From: Candidatus Bathyarchaeota archaeon
Lineage (GTDB): Archaea > Thermoproteota > Bathyarchaeia > Bathyarchaeales > Bathyarchaeaceae
Assembly (NCBI GenBank): GCA_963697165.1
Contig: CAVOMX010000006.1
Location: 5,206 to 69,205, forward strand
Reading direction: 5' to 3'
Length of the DNA: 64,000 nucleotides
Positions 22,929-35,133 of the stretch are shown piece by piece. Numbering within the stretch: the stretch's first letter is position 1; each line of letters opens with the position of its first letter. The notes under the pieces were generated by a model. It saw only the letters and a list, made by a program, of their open reading frames with translations, was not told the origin of the DNA and ran no database searches. The position numbers were made by a program, and so were the translations under genes.

Positions 22929-23139
22929 CATGTGGAAAAAACCCTTTCAGTTGTTGAAATACTTTTTTCATAATGTCTCTTATCTTTTAGCGCGTATTGT
23001 ATATTAATATAAGCAATATTAGGTGAACAAGAAGCTGCAAAAGCATTGTGGAACAAAAAGAAGGCCAATCAGAACCCCCAGTGATCTGTTGGAGTCATCT
23101 CCAACAAACCTCCTTTTCTCTTTTCAATCTGGACTTATA

Positions 23140-23718
23140 TTACCATCGTAAAATATTTGCCATCGTCTTCTTGCTAACAGCCTCAGTGACCTGTTTTCCT
23201 GCCAATTTCTCTGCCAGTTTAAGAGCAAACGGAAGAGCTGTTGCAGGTCCTCTACTTGTTATGATATTGCCATCAACTACAACCATTTCCTGTTTTGGTT
23301 TGCCTCCACCATTCTCCAGTTCGTTCTCCATTCCCGGATAAATCGTGCAAGCTTTGCCTTCCAAAACACCAGCGTCTGAAAGAACCGCAGGAGCAGCACA
23401 GATTGCAGCCACTATCTTGTTGGACTTGAACGCCTCTTTGACTATATCTATTACTCGTGGGTCATTTCTAAGATTCTTATAGCCCGGATTCCCTCCAGGA
23501 ACTATTACTGCATCAAAACAGTCTACTTTCACCTCGTCGATTGGTTTGTCTGGAACAATCTTTATTGCATGTGCCCCTTCAATCACATTGGATGTCAAAC
23601 CAGCAACTGTGACATCTACGCCAGCTCTTCTAAGCACGTCTACAATTGTTACTGTTTCGATTTCTTCAAATCCTGTTGCAAGAAAAACTAATGCTTTAGC
23701 CAAATAGAATCCATCCAT
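23140..23718 (-). CDS. DJ-1/ThiJ/PfpI family protein
   Basis: GFEEIE, VPGG, AICAAP and TSRGP motifs. Confidence 0.93.
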   Translation of the reverse strand: MDGFYLAKALVFLATGFEEIETVTIVDVLRRAGVDVTVAGLTSNVIEGAHAIKIVPDKPIDEVKVDCFDAVIVPGGNPGYKNLRNDPRVIDIVKEAFKSNKIVAAICAAPAVLSDAGVLEGKACTIYPGMENELENGGGKPKQEMVVVDGNIITSRGPATALPFALKLAEKLAGKQVTEAVSKKTMANILRW

Positions 23719-23729
23719 TATTTTTTTGA

Positions 23730-24479
23730 TTAATGTTTTAATTCTTCAACCAGTTTCACGATCTGATCGATAACATACTCGTTTATTTTCTGTCCCTTCT
23801 CAGCCGACGCTATTGTCGGGTCGCCCATGACCCCGCTTGGGAAGTAACGTTCAGGGTCTGGAACAACCTCAAAGCGGGGCAGATTCGGAAAACTTGGCTC
23901 TCCTTTTCCTTTCAGCAAGTCTGATCGAATAGCTATTACTCTTGAAGTCTCTATTGTACCTGCGTGGGAATCTCTGTCATCAAAGTCTTTACCTCTAAGA
24001 TCGAAAGCGAAGTCATAATCTGAGCAAACCATAATTCTTGGTTTATTCTCTTCGTTAATGTGATTCATTACAACTGTTTTGGCTGCAAGCTTAATTGCAG
24101 TCATATGTGACCCGCCTGCGTGACCCGTTATAACCAGCAATCTCTTGAAACCATTACGGACGAAATCCTCAAGAATATCAGCCATTATGCTCCGTAGCGA
24201 ATCGAAACTTATCGTGATGGTGCCCGGAAAGTTTCTTGTAGAATTACAAAGACCATACCTCAACGGGGGCGCAACCAAGCAGTCGGCTTTTCTGGCGACC
24301 CCCAAAGCTACATACTCTGCTTGAAGGCTGTCTGTACATAGAGGCAGATGTGTTCCATGCTCTTCAATACTTCCACATGGGATAATCACAACTTTTCCTT
24401 CTTTAGCAGCTTTTTCTGCTTCAGGCATACTTAATTCATCAAACCAAACTGTTCTGTTTTTGCTCAAATCTGCACACAT
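23730..24479 (-). CDS. Creatininase family amidohydrolase
   Basis: GSIEEHGTHLPLCTD, GHAGG and HAGTIETS motifs. Confidence 0.92.
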   Translation of the reverse strand: MCADLSKNRTVWFDELSMPEAEKAAKEGKVVIIPCGSIEEHGTHLPLCTDSLQAEYVALGVARKADCLVAPPLRYGLCNSTRNFPGTITISFDSLRSIMADILEDFVRNGFKRLLVITGHAGGSHMTAIKLAAKTVVMNHINEENKPRIMVCSDYDFAFDLRGKDFDDRDSHAGTIETSRVIAIRSDLLKGKGEPSFPNLPRFEVVPDPERYFPSGVMGDPTIASAEKGQKINEYVIDQIVKLVEELKH

Positions 24480-24746
24480 GCTTTATCTTTCTCCTTTTGG
24501 TTACAGAAACTGCGTACACTATTTCATTCTTTGAAGTTTTTTATTTTCAGTAAACTAATTCGTTATTTTTAAGTTTATAATTAACTTTAACTGCTCTTTT
24601 TCAGAGCTATTTAGAGTAATATAAATAAGTTTACTTATAAAGAAAATTGTGAAAATTAAGATTTACAAAGAATCTTTTCAATATCCACGGCATTTCACCA
24701 ATTTTTTGATGTTAACCTTTTCTATGGAAACGTCTCCGCGTATAGA

Positions 24747-25229
24747 TCATGAAATTTTATCAGTATCTGGTTCAAATAGTTGTATATTGTTGTATTCTTC
24801 TTTAAGAGGATAAGACGTGTCATCAGTTAATGAAATTTCAATTTTTTCCTCGTAAGGCATTAATCTAATTTTATCAATCACTCCCTTGATTTCTTTTATA
24901 TCTCTAAATGCTACCATAGCTAACATATCAAATGCTCCAATAATTTCTGATATCAAGAACACGTTTGGGATCTGATTAAGCGCTTCTGCAATCTTTTTTT
25001 TATCGTATTCTTTGGAAGCCTTCAAAAACAAAAATGCTTTCCCAGTATACCCAATTTTCGAAAGATCAATTAATGTAGTCATTCCAAAAATAATGCCATC
25101 TTTTTTCATTTTTTCATATCTTTTTTGGACGGTTATTGATGATATTCCAATTTCTTTTCCAATTTTTAGAAATGATTTGCTCCCATTCTTTTTTAGTTTG
25201 TTTATAATGTCCAGATCAATTCTGTCCAA
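24747..25229 (-). CDS. Lrp/AsnC family regulator
   Basis: MDRIDLDII HTH domain + RAM domain (GAFD). Confidence 0.88.
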   Translation of the reverse strand: MDRIDLDIINKLKKNGSKSFLKIGKEIGISSITVQKRYEKMKKDGIIFGMTTLIDLSKIGYTGKAFLFLKASKEYDKKKIAEALNQIPNVFLISEIIGAFDMLAMVAFRDIKEIKGVIDKIRLMPYEEKIEISLTDDTSYPLKEEYNNIQLFEPDTDKIS

Positions 25230-25234
25230 AAAAT

Positions 25235-25693
25235 TCAGGCTCCTATTTTTAAGTCGACATTACTATAATTCATATACAGTTCATTCCAGATATTCACATC
25301 AATATTCTTCACGCTTCTCTGATTCCTTATTAAAGATTTTAATCTGTCCAAATCACTGATGTTTTTTGCAAAGACAAATAGGCAAAGATCATATTTACCG
25401 ATTGTTCGATCAATTCCAGCTACTTGTGCATGTTTTTTGAATATTTTGATGATTTTTTGCTCTTGTTTAGGATCTAAATTAACCCCAATTAAAACAATCA
25501 AAGGGTATTTAAAAAAAGCCATGTTTAAGTTTAAAACTGGTTTAACTATTAAACCACTTTTCTTCATTAGCACAATTCTATTTTTTATTGCTGTTGACGA
25601 TAATTTGCAGTCTTTTGCTATATCAACCAGTTTTGAGCGTCCGTCTTTTAATAATGTCCGAAGGATTTTGGCATCAGTTTCATCGATTTTCAT
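25235..25693 (-). CDS. Lrp/AsnC family regulator
   Basis: MKIDETDAKIL..DGR HTH, GKYD; start taken at ATG 25693. Confidence 0.88.
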   Translation of the reverse strand: MKIDETDAKILRTLLKDGRSKLVDIAKDCKLSSTAIKNRIVLMKKSGLIVKPVLNLNMAFFKYPLIVLIGVNLDPKQEQKIIKIFKKHAQVAGIDRTIGKYDLCLFVFAKNISDLDRLKSLIRNQRSVKNIDVNIWNELYMNYSNVDLKIGA

Positions 25694-25877
25694 TGTCAAT
25701 ACTTCCGTTAGGTTTTTTATTTGTAGGCATATAACCCTTTGCTTTAGACTAGCGTTAAAAAAATCAATTATAATCAACATTATAATTGTTTTTTTACATT
25801 TTTTTAATCTATTTTGCACAAACATTAAATACCGTTTGAATCCATCTGGTTAAATATAAAAATTAAGAGATGAAAAA

Positions 25878-28545
25878 ATGGAAATTCTAAAAAGTAAAAC
25901 AAAATTGACAGCAATATTCATTATGGTTCTTTTAACAACTTCTGCAATTGCTTTAATGGCTACTCCCATCAACGCACAAGATGATCATGGAGAAACCGTC
26001 TTCGAAAATCAGGGCTCAATACCCCTACCCAGTGGAGTCACTCCTGATCTGACCCTTACATCGATAAGCCACCTTAGCTTTAGTCCTACAACCGTAGGTG
26101 TTAACCAAGAATTCATCATAAACATTTGGCAACAACCACCAATCCATAACAGTCGAAAACTTACAGATTACAAAGTAACAATAACAAAACCTAGTGGAAC
26201 CGAAAATGAAGTTGTCCTAGATTCCTATCTAGCAGACGGAACAGCATGGTTCCCATACATAGCCGACGAAGTAGGCACATGGACAATCAAATTCGACTTC
26301 CCAGGCGGCTACTTCCCAGCAGGAACCTACTCACGAGTACGCGAAGGACAAGCTACCGTATTCACAGAATTTGAAGAATCAGTCTATTACACACCTAGCA
26401 GTGACGGACCCTACGAACTCACCGTTATAGACGACATAGTTTATTCTTGGCCAGACGCTCCGCTTCCAACCGACTACTGGACAAGACCCGTATCAGCTTA
26501 CAACCGAGAATGGTGGTCTATTCTAGGAAACTGGCCTTGGACTGGTGTCGGAGGAGGAGAATATTGGCCAGAAATGTATCCGAAACGAACATCTACGCCA
26601 GCAACTACCGGTTTACCCCCTATGTTCAAGGACCCGAAAGCGCACACGTAGTATGGAAACAATATCAGTACGCAGGTGGTCTCATCGGAGGCGACTTGGG
26701 AACAATAAGCTATTGGCCAGCCGGTGGATTCACCCGATCTCCAGAGCTACCAGACTTAATCTTTGCAGGAAGGGTCTACCAAGGAGATCTTAACAAAGTC
26801 ATCGATGGTGTACCAAGAAGTGACGTATGGCAATGCTATGATCTGCGAACCGGCGAAATCATCTGGGAACAGTACCCCGTCACACAGGAACCAACTTACA
26901 TTACTTACACTGAACGCTCAAATGTCGCTACACCTGGCGAAACGGCTCGTAAATCCGGTTTGAGCGTAGATCTTCTCTACGTAGGCCAAGGTCGATTACA
27001 TAAAATATGACCCATGGACAGGAGCATGTGATACTTGAACGTTTCAATTGCACCCTTAAGCTACAGGTGCTCTATACGCTGATCCATGGCTATTAAGCAC
27101 ACAGAACATGGGCGGCGGAGACTATCGTTTAATCAACTGGACCGTAGGAAGAGATGACAATGGAGTGACCCGAATGATAGTGCAAAACAACATTACATGG
27201 CCTTTCAGTAACTTAGGCGATGTACAAGATTTCGAAGCCATGGAATAGCTCTTGACGCATCAGGAATATCTTCCGAATCTACAGGTGTAAGTGACAATTA
27301 TCGACTGGTAGCTGCTAGCCTGACAACAGGACAGGTGCTATGGAATAAGACAACAGACCTTGGATTTGGCTTTTTCAGTGGAAGCACGGATGTTGCTGAC
27401 CACGGAAAATAGGCTGTTCGTTTCAATGACGGAAAATGGCATTGTTGGGATTTACGTACAGGAGATTACCTATGGGAAAGTGAGGAGTCAAGTTGGCCAT
27501 GGTCAACCTTCGGTTGCTATAACGTCGAATCAGCATACGGCTTACTATACTCTAACCAATACGACGGTGTCGTTGCCCTTGATTGGGACACTGGAGAAGT
27601 AGCTTGGTGGTACCAATCACCCAACTGAATTCGCGTATGAAACACCATACCAGAGCAGATACCCATTCTTCAGCGATTCATATGTTGCTGACGGAAAGTA
27701 CTACACATTTAGTAACGAGCATTCAATCAGCCAACCTCTATTCAGAGGACTAAAGAGCATCTGCCTTGACGCTAGAACAGGCGAAGAAATATGGAAATGG
27801 ACGAATTTTGCCCAGCCAGTTGCTATCGCTGACGGCTATTTAATCCAACACGGCATGTATGACGGGTATCAATATGTTATCGGCAAGGGTGAAAGTGAAA
27901 CAACAGTCACAGCACCAAAGACTAGTATACCTAGAGGAACCGCCCTGACGATTGAAGGCACAGTTCTTGACCTGTCTCCTGCTCAACCAGGTACTCCATG
28001 TGTATCCCAAGAATCAATGGGAACCCAAATGGACTACTTACACATGCAGATGCCAATCGACAGCGTTTGGCACAATACAACGATAACTGGTGTTCCAGTG
28101 ACCTTAACAGCAATGGGTCCAACAGGCAATTACATTGACATTGGCACAGTTACAACTGAGGGCTATTATGGCACCTTTGGTCTTTCATGGACTCCAACAG
28201 CGGAAGGAACTTACAAGATACTCGCAACTTTTGCAGGAGACGAATCTTATGGCAGCTCAGGCGCAGCAACATATGTAACAGTCGGACCAGCACGCTTCAA
28301 GCTGGTGGACCAATAGAACCTGAGCCATCACCTTCACCAGAGCCTTCACCATCGCCATCACCTTCACCAGAGCCTTCACCATCGCCATCACCTTCACCAG
28401 AACCTTCACCATCGAACCATCACCTTCACCAGAACCAACACCTGAAACACCATTGATCACCACTGAAGTAGCAATCATCGCAGCAGTCGCAATCGCCAGC
28501 ATAATTGGCGTAGTCAGCTTCTGGGCACTCCGAAAACGAAAATAA
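25878..28545 (+). CDS. Second PQQ-like beta-propeller surface protein (many frameshifts)
   Basis: N-terminus nearly identical to the 1088 gene; LPTDYWTRP, CYDLRTGE, GYQYVIGKG; ends in TM + RKRK. Confidence 0.78.
28322..28442 (+). repeat. Coding tandem repeat: Pro/Ser linker (EPSPSPSPSP)n
   Basis: 30-nt unit GAGCCTTCACCATCGCCATCACCTTCACCA repeated. Confidence 0.85.
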
Positions 28546-28751
28546 ACCCAAATTTTCCCTCCCCTTTTTTTGGGAGTAAAAAATTACAGAAATGAAGGGA
28601 CTGAAAAGGCTCGACCACCGGAAGTGTGAAACATGATTCTCCTCTATTGTTGTTGGAATCGTTTCATGCACTCATCAACAAACGCCTGTGTGAGAGCCTC
28701 AGATATCCCTTCTTCCTTTAGTTTACCCATAATTGTCTCTTTTTTTTAAAA

Positions 28752-29829
28752 TTATTGAATTACTTTTAAGGTTTGTTCGTAGTAGCGGGGACCATAACTT
28801 AAGGTAATTTGATGGAACACGTTTGTTCCATTTACAACCTTCTCAATGTTTCCTTCAACCAGCACCTGTTCCCCCTGTTTTGCCTGCATCCTAAACTCTT
28901 CCATATACGAGAAAATTCGCTGGATATCATCAACTTTTGGTCCATCTAAGACATCCTTTACTTCAATCTGGTAAATCGATGGAATAAACGGTGCATCTTT
29001 GTCGTCAGTTATCTCGACAATCGCCTTTATCCATCCAACATGGAATATCCTAGTGAATGGGCTGTATTCGTTGCAGATTTCTTTCCAGTTCTTCACCGGC
29101 TCAAACTCTGCCTTAACAACTCTACCCGCATCCTTTGAATCAAAGTAAGCATAAATCATTTTTCTTCGCTGATGCCAAAGATACTCCTTTAAGCTGTAAT
29201 TCACGAACTTCCAATCTTTTGTTGCAACAGCCTTCATGCTGTCAAACTCGTTTCGTAGACAATTATCTTCACGGTAAAGCTCCTCTAGTGCCTCAGAGAG
29301 CCGATTCAGGTTATCTTTGCCATAGACTGTGAGGTCTAAGTCTGAAAAGTTGGGATGATAGAAGCCATGAAGAAGCGAACCAAAAACCCCAAAATCGTCT
29401 TCTGATAATCCTGACTTGGACGAAACCAACGTAAATAGGTCCTGCAGCGCCTTATGCAAAATGTCATCTGGTTTCTTGGCAAGCAACTCTTGTAATCCAT
29501 CTGTCCGGTTTACGGACTTCCATTATGTCGTTTTCGTTTACGCCCACCAGACATTTCTGTAATGGCCAAAAGAAAATTGTGTACTTCGGGTAGTTATTTT
29601 GAATAAGTTTCATTCCTTCATCTGCGAAGAACTTGCAGTAACAAAGCTTATTTTTTCCTCTACATGCCCTAGGATTAGATGACTTGAAGATTGTTGGCGT
29701 TGCATATTCTGGGTCACAAACGTATGCACCTTCAGGGTGAATGTAACCGTAAACCCTGAAAATGATGCCGTCCTCTGTGATTATTGAATCTCTGTCTCTA
29801 AGCCTAAACATTTTCATCTTACCTATCAA
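28752..29829 (-). CDS. Predicted nucleotidyltransferase (COG1665-like; frameshift near 29480)
   Basis: LRDRD N-terminus; GVFGS..SDLDLTVYG motif. Confidence 0.8.
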
Positions 29830-29832
29830 ATG

Positions 29833-30867
29833 TTAAATGGGTTCAATGTATTCATTTCCATGTATGCCCGTGCCCACCACAACATGATAATACGTGTCGC
29901 CTGTTTCAACGTTTTCCACCAGTTCCAACGCTCCAGAAACCCTTATTCTGTCTCCCTTGCGTGCCACGTTTCGGTAATATCCTATCATAGAGACAACGCT
30001 TGTTGGAATTTGGTCTTCTGGAAGCTCTGACTCTGAATCAAGCGACTGATAATCTTTGATTGGGTAAATTGCTGGCCTGAACATGTTCTCGTTATCATCA
30101 ATAACTTCGCAACAGAATGCAACATTTTTGATTGGAATATAACGTAGTCGTCCATGCTGGGTACTTATTTCTTCAGGCTTTCGCACCGCGTTATAGACAA
30201 ATCGTCTCTCGTTATAGCGTCCCCTGTGCTTTCTTGCGTGGTCAATCTTTTTAGTGAAAACATGCGTGAACACGCCCTCTTCTGCAAGACTATTAACTGC
30301 ACTTTCTAGCCTTTTGAAGTTCTGGGCGCCGTAAACAACTAGGTCAATGTCAGAATGCTCATTATGCATGTTTAAGCCGACAGAACCATGGATGCCAAAA
30401 TCTTGGATTGGCACCTTCGACTCGCCTGAAAGAAGCTGAACCAGCTCCACAGCTTCTGTCTGTAACGTATCTTTGTTTTCATTTTCAAAAATCCTCTGCA
30501 GACACGTGTTTGACGCATACACTTTCTTTATGTTGTTTAGTGGTACGCTCAAAACCTCTTTTCCCCTGTAGGGACAGAAATAGAGGTATTCCGGAAAGTT
30601 GTTTCGAAGAGTAACCAAGAATTTTTGGTAGTTCTGGGCTGTGTATAGTTTTTCTGGTCTAGAAAGTTCTATGTTTTCAAGATTCCATTTGTGACTTAGA
30701 AAACGTACAGGAAATTTGGGTGCAAACCGCGAAGGAATGTATTTCAGGAAAGCTAGAACCCTGTTGTCTGGGTGCTCATATCCGAAAACGTAGAATATGA
30801 AGCCCTCCTTCATAAGAAGGGTGTCTCCGTCCCTAAGAAGCATCTCAATTATCTCCATGACTTTCAT
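29833..30867 (-). CDS. Predicted nucleotidyltransferase (COG1665-like)
   Basis: [26 protein letters not shown]-like C-terminus. Confidence 0.85.
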   Translation of the reverse strand: MKVMEIIEMLLRDGDTLLMKEGFIFYVFGYEHPDNRVLAFLKYIPSRFAPKFPVRFLSHKWNLENIELSRPEKLYTAQNYQKFLVTLRNNFPEYLYFCPYRGKEVLSVPLNNIKKVYASNTCLQRIFENENKDTLQTEAVELVQLLSGESKVPIQDFGIHGSVGLNMHNEHSDIDLVVYGAQNFKRLESAVNSLAEEGVFTHVFTKKIDHARKHRGRYNERRFVYNAVRKPEEISTQHGRLRYIPIKNVAFCCEVIDDNENMFRPAIYPIKDYQSLDSESELPEDQIPTSVVSMIGYYRNVARKGDRIRVSGALELVENVETGDTYYHVVVGTGIHGNEYIEPI

Positions 30868-31326
30868 CCTCAGCTAAAAGCGTAATATATTGCATATTGT
30901 TTCTCTGCATCTTTTCCCGTTTTTTCGCCCTTAAACATTCCTGAATAAATCTGCTGACATTTAAGAGCAAACAAAGCGAAAAGGAGCGCGAACATTACCT
31001 CACGTCTGGTCAGGTTTGGTAGGCGGAGTGGTCTCCACCGAAAAACATACTGAAAGAGCTTGAAGACTGTTGTCTACAAAAGTTAACTGATCTAATAGAA
31101 CCGCCCAGAACTGTTGGGTGCGCCTCAAGATCGCACAAAGTACCTCTCTGCCATCTCACCACCGCGTTATGCCCGTGCAGAAACATTGATTTTTTCTTAA
31201 AACTCCTTACTGGATTCTTCCCTGAAACAGTCTCAGAAGTGCATTTCAAAGCATAAGTATTTGAGAAACGATTTGCCTCCTATTTTTCGACTTACGATTT
31301 TAATAAATTCTGGAAGTAGTTTTGGA

Positions 31327-32184
31327 ATGAATGAAATGAACGCTAAAGTCTGTATTGTCACTGGTGGCAACTCGGGAATCGGAAAAGAAACAGCTTTAGC
31401 CTTGGCAAAAATGGGTGCAACGGTTGTTCTAGTCGTACGTGACCAAGAACGCGGCGAAAAGGCTAAAGCGGAAATAGTAAGCCAGAGTGGAAACAAGTCT
31501 GTCAATGTCATGATATGTGACCTTTCGTTAATGAATTCAATAAGGCGTTTCGCAGGGGAATTTAAATTGAAATATGGTCGACTGGACGTGTTGATAAACA
31601 ATGCAGGAGCGGTTTTCAACAAGCGAGAGGTCACATCTGAAGGTTTTGAACGAACCCTTGCCGTAAACTATCTGGGGTCATTTCTTCTAACGCACGAGTT
31701 GTTGGGTTTGTTGAAAGCCAGCGTTCCTTCTAGAGTAATCAACTTGAGTTCTGGACTTGCTAAGAATGGTAAGATAGACCTTGACGATCTGCAGAGCGAG
31801 AGGAATTATGGCGGAATGAAGGTTTACTCCAAGGCAAAGTTGATGGTGATGATGTTTACTTACCAACTGGCAAGGCGGCTTGAAGGTACTGGCGTGACGG
31901 TGAACGTGCTAATGCCGGGTTTTGTCGCTACAAATTTGGGGAAAAACAGCGGTAGCCTCCGTTCATCGATACTGTTCAAAATGGTTCGTCCAATGCAAAT
32001 AAGCCCGAAGAAGGGAGCAGAAACGTCCGTATACCTAGCTTCATCAGATGAGATCAAGATTACAACGGGAATGTGCTTTGCCAAGAAAAAGGAAACCACG
32101 ACCTGCCCGATATCATACGACGAGGAACTCCAGGAACGGTTATGGGATAAAACCGCGAGGATGCTTGGTTTAGCTTCAGAATAA
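31327..32184 (+). CDS. Short-chain dehydrogenase/reductase (retinol dehydrogenase-like)
   Basis: TGGNSGIG, NNAG and YSKAK motifs. Confidence 0.93.
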   Translation: MNEMNAKVCIVTGGNSGIGKETALALAKMGATVVLVVRDQERGEKAKAEIVSQSGNKSVNVMICDLSLMNSIRRFAGEFKLKYGRLDVLINNAGAVFNKREVTSEGFERTLAVNYLGSFLLTHELLGLLKASVPSRVINLSSGLAKNGKIDLDDLQSERNYGGMKVYSKAKLMVMMFTYQLARRLEGTGVTVNVLMPGFVATNLGKNSGSLRSSILFKMVRPMQISPKKGAETSVYLASSDEIKITTGMCFAKKKETTTCPISYDEELQERLWDKTARMLGLASE

Positions 32185-32395
32185 CCACGAAAGCTCTAAG
32201 AACAGCAGCAGCCAGATTCATGACTTAGAAAATTCAAACCACCCATAAAACGGGTGCAAATACAAACAAAATATCAAATACTAATAATACCAAATAGAAC
32301 TGAATCTAGCAGGTGTCTCGTTTGCCTAAGAAAATGTTATGGCCTGAATTATTGTTCAGCTTTTTCCAATCGATAAGAAAAAATTTTGGCAACAG

Positions 32396-33350
32396 TTGCT
32401 ATCAAGATTCCTCTTTCTTTTCCTGCTTTGGTTCTCAGGTTTAGTGGCATATGCAGTAAATGGATTAACAACCACTTATTTGTTTGCGGTAAACATTTAT
32501 GTTCGTATTTTCGGAATGCTTTTTCTCATATTAATTGGATCATATTATGTGCAATACACTCTAAGGAAAATTATTCAGAATTTTAGACCAATGCTAAAAC
32601 TGGATGCTTCACAATATCAGAAGTTTTCTGCAAAACTGGAACGATACACATACAGTTTTCTCCCTTGCTTTATTATCGCTATCATTTTTTCCCTCTTTAG
32701 AGGTGCCTTTTCCAATTCCAAACAGTATTAGCTGAAGGTTTAGAGTTATATGTCATATGGAACTCTTTTTTGACTCTTTTGCATCACTTTTGGTGGGAAC
32801 TGTAATCTGGATGTTTGCGTCAATTTGGCTAACAATCTTTCTTATTTCAAGACAACAATTGATTGTGCCGTTATCAAAGGAAACAATAACCCGATTCCGT
32901 GAGCTAAGCATGTTTGCGTTATTGTTTGGGTTATTCTATTTTATTGGTATTTCAATAGGGAATATTTCCTTTCTTACTAATGTTCAAACATTGACTCTAT
33001 ATGACATTGTTATATCTCAACATCTTATTTTTGTCATAATAGGTATAGTGGGAATTCTATTTCCCTTTTTTAATCTTCACAATACTCTACTCAATATGAA
33101 AAATGAAGAACTAACAAGGATCTCTAAAGAATCTGAACATCTGCTTCAGACTTTAGATGAAGCATTAGAAAAAAAAGATAACAACCAAACACTTTCAGTT
33201 TCAGCTCGTCTTTTCAGCCTGCAACTCAAAGAAAAACAGGTAAAGGGAGCACAAGAATGTCCTATCGATGTAAGTTTTCTCTCAAAACTGATTGTTATAG
33301 GTCTTATACCCATATTAAGCAGGATTATGGCAATGTTACTTATCTCCTAA
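32396..33350 (+). CDS. Hypothetical polytopic membrane protein (frameshifted)
   Basis: Adjacent hydrophobic ORFs 32396-32731 and 32757-33350. Confidence 0.55.
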
Positions 33351-33374
33351 GAAATCTAAGACTATATGTGTATG

Positions 33375-33393
33375 AGGGTTAAATTTTAACCCT
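33375..33393. repeat. Palindrome site (perfect arms)
   Basis: AGGGTTAAA T TTTAACCCT. Confidence 0.85.
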
Positions 33394-33522
33394 TAACAAA
33401 TGTTAAGTAATCTGTTATCCCCAAATTTTTAACGGTGATACTAACCTTGAAGTCTAGCGCGCGCAAATTTTATAACTTTAAGCCATCCAAAAGGGTTTGA
33501 GGAAAAGGTAGGTCTACAAATA

Positions 33523-34005
33523 ATGTGCCCAATAAACCAAAATTTACCATCTGAAATTAGCCAACGCGTTCGTGAAATTATAAATGAGTTAAATAAATAT
33601 GGAATATCTGCCGAAAACGTCGAACCAGATGCCCAATTGAAAGATTTTTGGAATGTTATAGTTGGAGGTTTCGACCTTGAAAATATATCACAAGAATATA
33701 AAAAATCTATTAAAGGTCCCACGTCGAGTGGTTCAGAATCCATAAAAGGAAAAAACCTTCAGGTTAAATATACATTGTTTCAAAACGAGCAAGTTTTACT
33801 ATTGAAAGGGTCCGACCTCAGAAATATGGGAATCACACTAATCAACCCTCAGATTATTCATGGACTGATGAGACCTATGCCAGTTTTCGACTTCTCCAAA
33901 CCGAAATTGGGCTCTGGTTCATATCTGACAGATGAGCCCCTGTCTGAGCCGCAACATACGTATGGTTTCGGCGATGGGAGCCCCTACGAACGAAATTCTG
34001 AGTAA
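33523..34005 (+). CDS. Hypothetical protein
   Basis: 160-aa ORF, no recognised motif. Confidence 0.5.
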   Translation: MCPINQNLPSEISQRVREIINELNKYGISAENVEPDAQLKDFWNVIVGGFDLENISQEYKKSIKGPTSSGSESIKGKNLQVKYTLFQNEQVLLLKGSDLRNMGITLINPQIIHGLMRPMPVFDFSKPKLGSGSYLTDEPLSEPQHTYGFGDGSPYERNSE

Positions 34006-34175
34006 CCAAATTAGCAAATCATTTTTAAAAAAATGGACTATAATCCACTGACGACTAAAAAATGATAATTGATTGATAAAGCTACCTAGGGAAGAACGAA
34101 CTTAAATCCTTAAATGAAATGCGCGCACGAGGCATACCTCGTTTATTTTTTACCGAAGTTTGTTGAACAAAGAAA

Positions 34176-34703
34176 TTACATTTTTGATATGATTATTTCT
34201 AACAATCGCTTCATGATATCAAGGGATAATCCCCTATCACTGGTTGTAACCGCTTGTAGAACATCTTGTCCTTTCCGAACAAAAAATACTGCATTGCTAT
34301 CTGACCAGTAAGCTTCATCACCAAAACCTTTGACTGCCTTTAAATTTGGAGTTACTTCTTTAAAATAACTCAAAACACCTTCAGGATTATAGCCATCCAC
34401 GTCTTTTCGAGTAAACCAAACCTGAAAATAAGTGTGGATTTTGGGATTACTACTTGTATAGACACCGCCTTCCCAGTCTTCATCCTCATATTGGCTATAA
34501 TCATCAATAGGTAATTTAGTGATTTGGGCAACCTCATCAATGCTGAGGTATTTTCTTAAATCAAGGCCTTCCACGGGTGTTGTTTTTTGCTCTTTTGGTT
34601 TATCTTTTGGAGTTTTCTCAGTCTTTTTCTTTGGTTCCCATTCTTTAGCAATTTTATCCAAATGTTTAGTTGCTTTCTCTAATTCTTTAAAAAAATCTAC
34701 CAT
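34176..34703 (-). CDS. Hypothetical protein
   Basis: 175-aa ORF with natural composition. Confidence 0.6.
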   Translation of the reverse strand: MVDFFKELEKATKHLDKIAKEWEPKKKTEKTPKDKPKEQKTTPVEGLDLRKYLSIDEVAQITKLPIDDYSQYEDEDWEGGVYTSSNPKIHTYFQVWFTRKDVDGYNPEGVLSYFKEVTPNLKAVKGFGDEAYWSDSNAVFFVRKGQDVLQAVTTSDRGLSLDIMKRLLEIIISKM

Positions 34704-35133
34704 AAACCATACTACTAATATGAATTCTTTTTAAGTATTTCCAACACCTTTCAGTTCTACAGCCTTTTTTAAATCTATAAAATAGCAGTTAATACAGTCA
34801 GGTGAAGGACCCGGACAAGTTTTATGACACATGGTCTAACCACCCTTTTTAATAATATTAAAAACTTGCTACTCCTTTTTTTCTGAATTATCATACCATT
34901 TCCACATTTTTTCAATAGCTTTTGTGGAATATCCTCTTTCCTTTAGCATTTGATTAAAAGTCTTAGAGGATTTCATTTTAGTAACGTATATATTTGTGCC
35001 TTAAGAAAATTGCTAATTATAAAACTATATCTGTATTTTTGTATAACGCAAATACCCAATCAACAAAAATTATTCAATCACAGTGAAATAGAAAAAAATT
35101 AATCAAAATATAGAACATTATTATAGAAAAATA

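Noticed and set aside
30960-31250. Moderately GC-rich intergenic stretch as an ncRNA or gene remnant
   Set aside because: No convincing structure, boxes or protein motif found by eye
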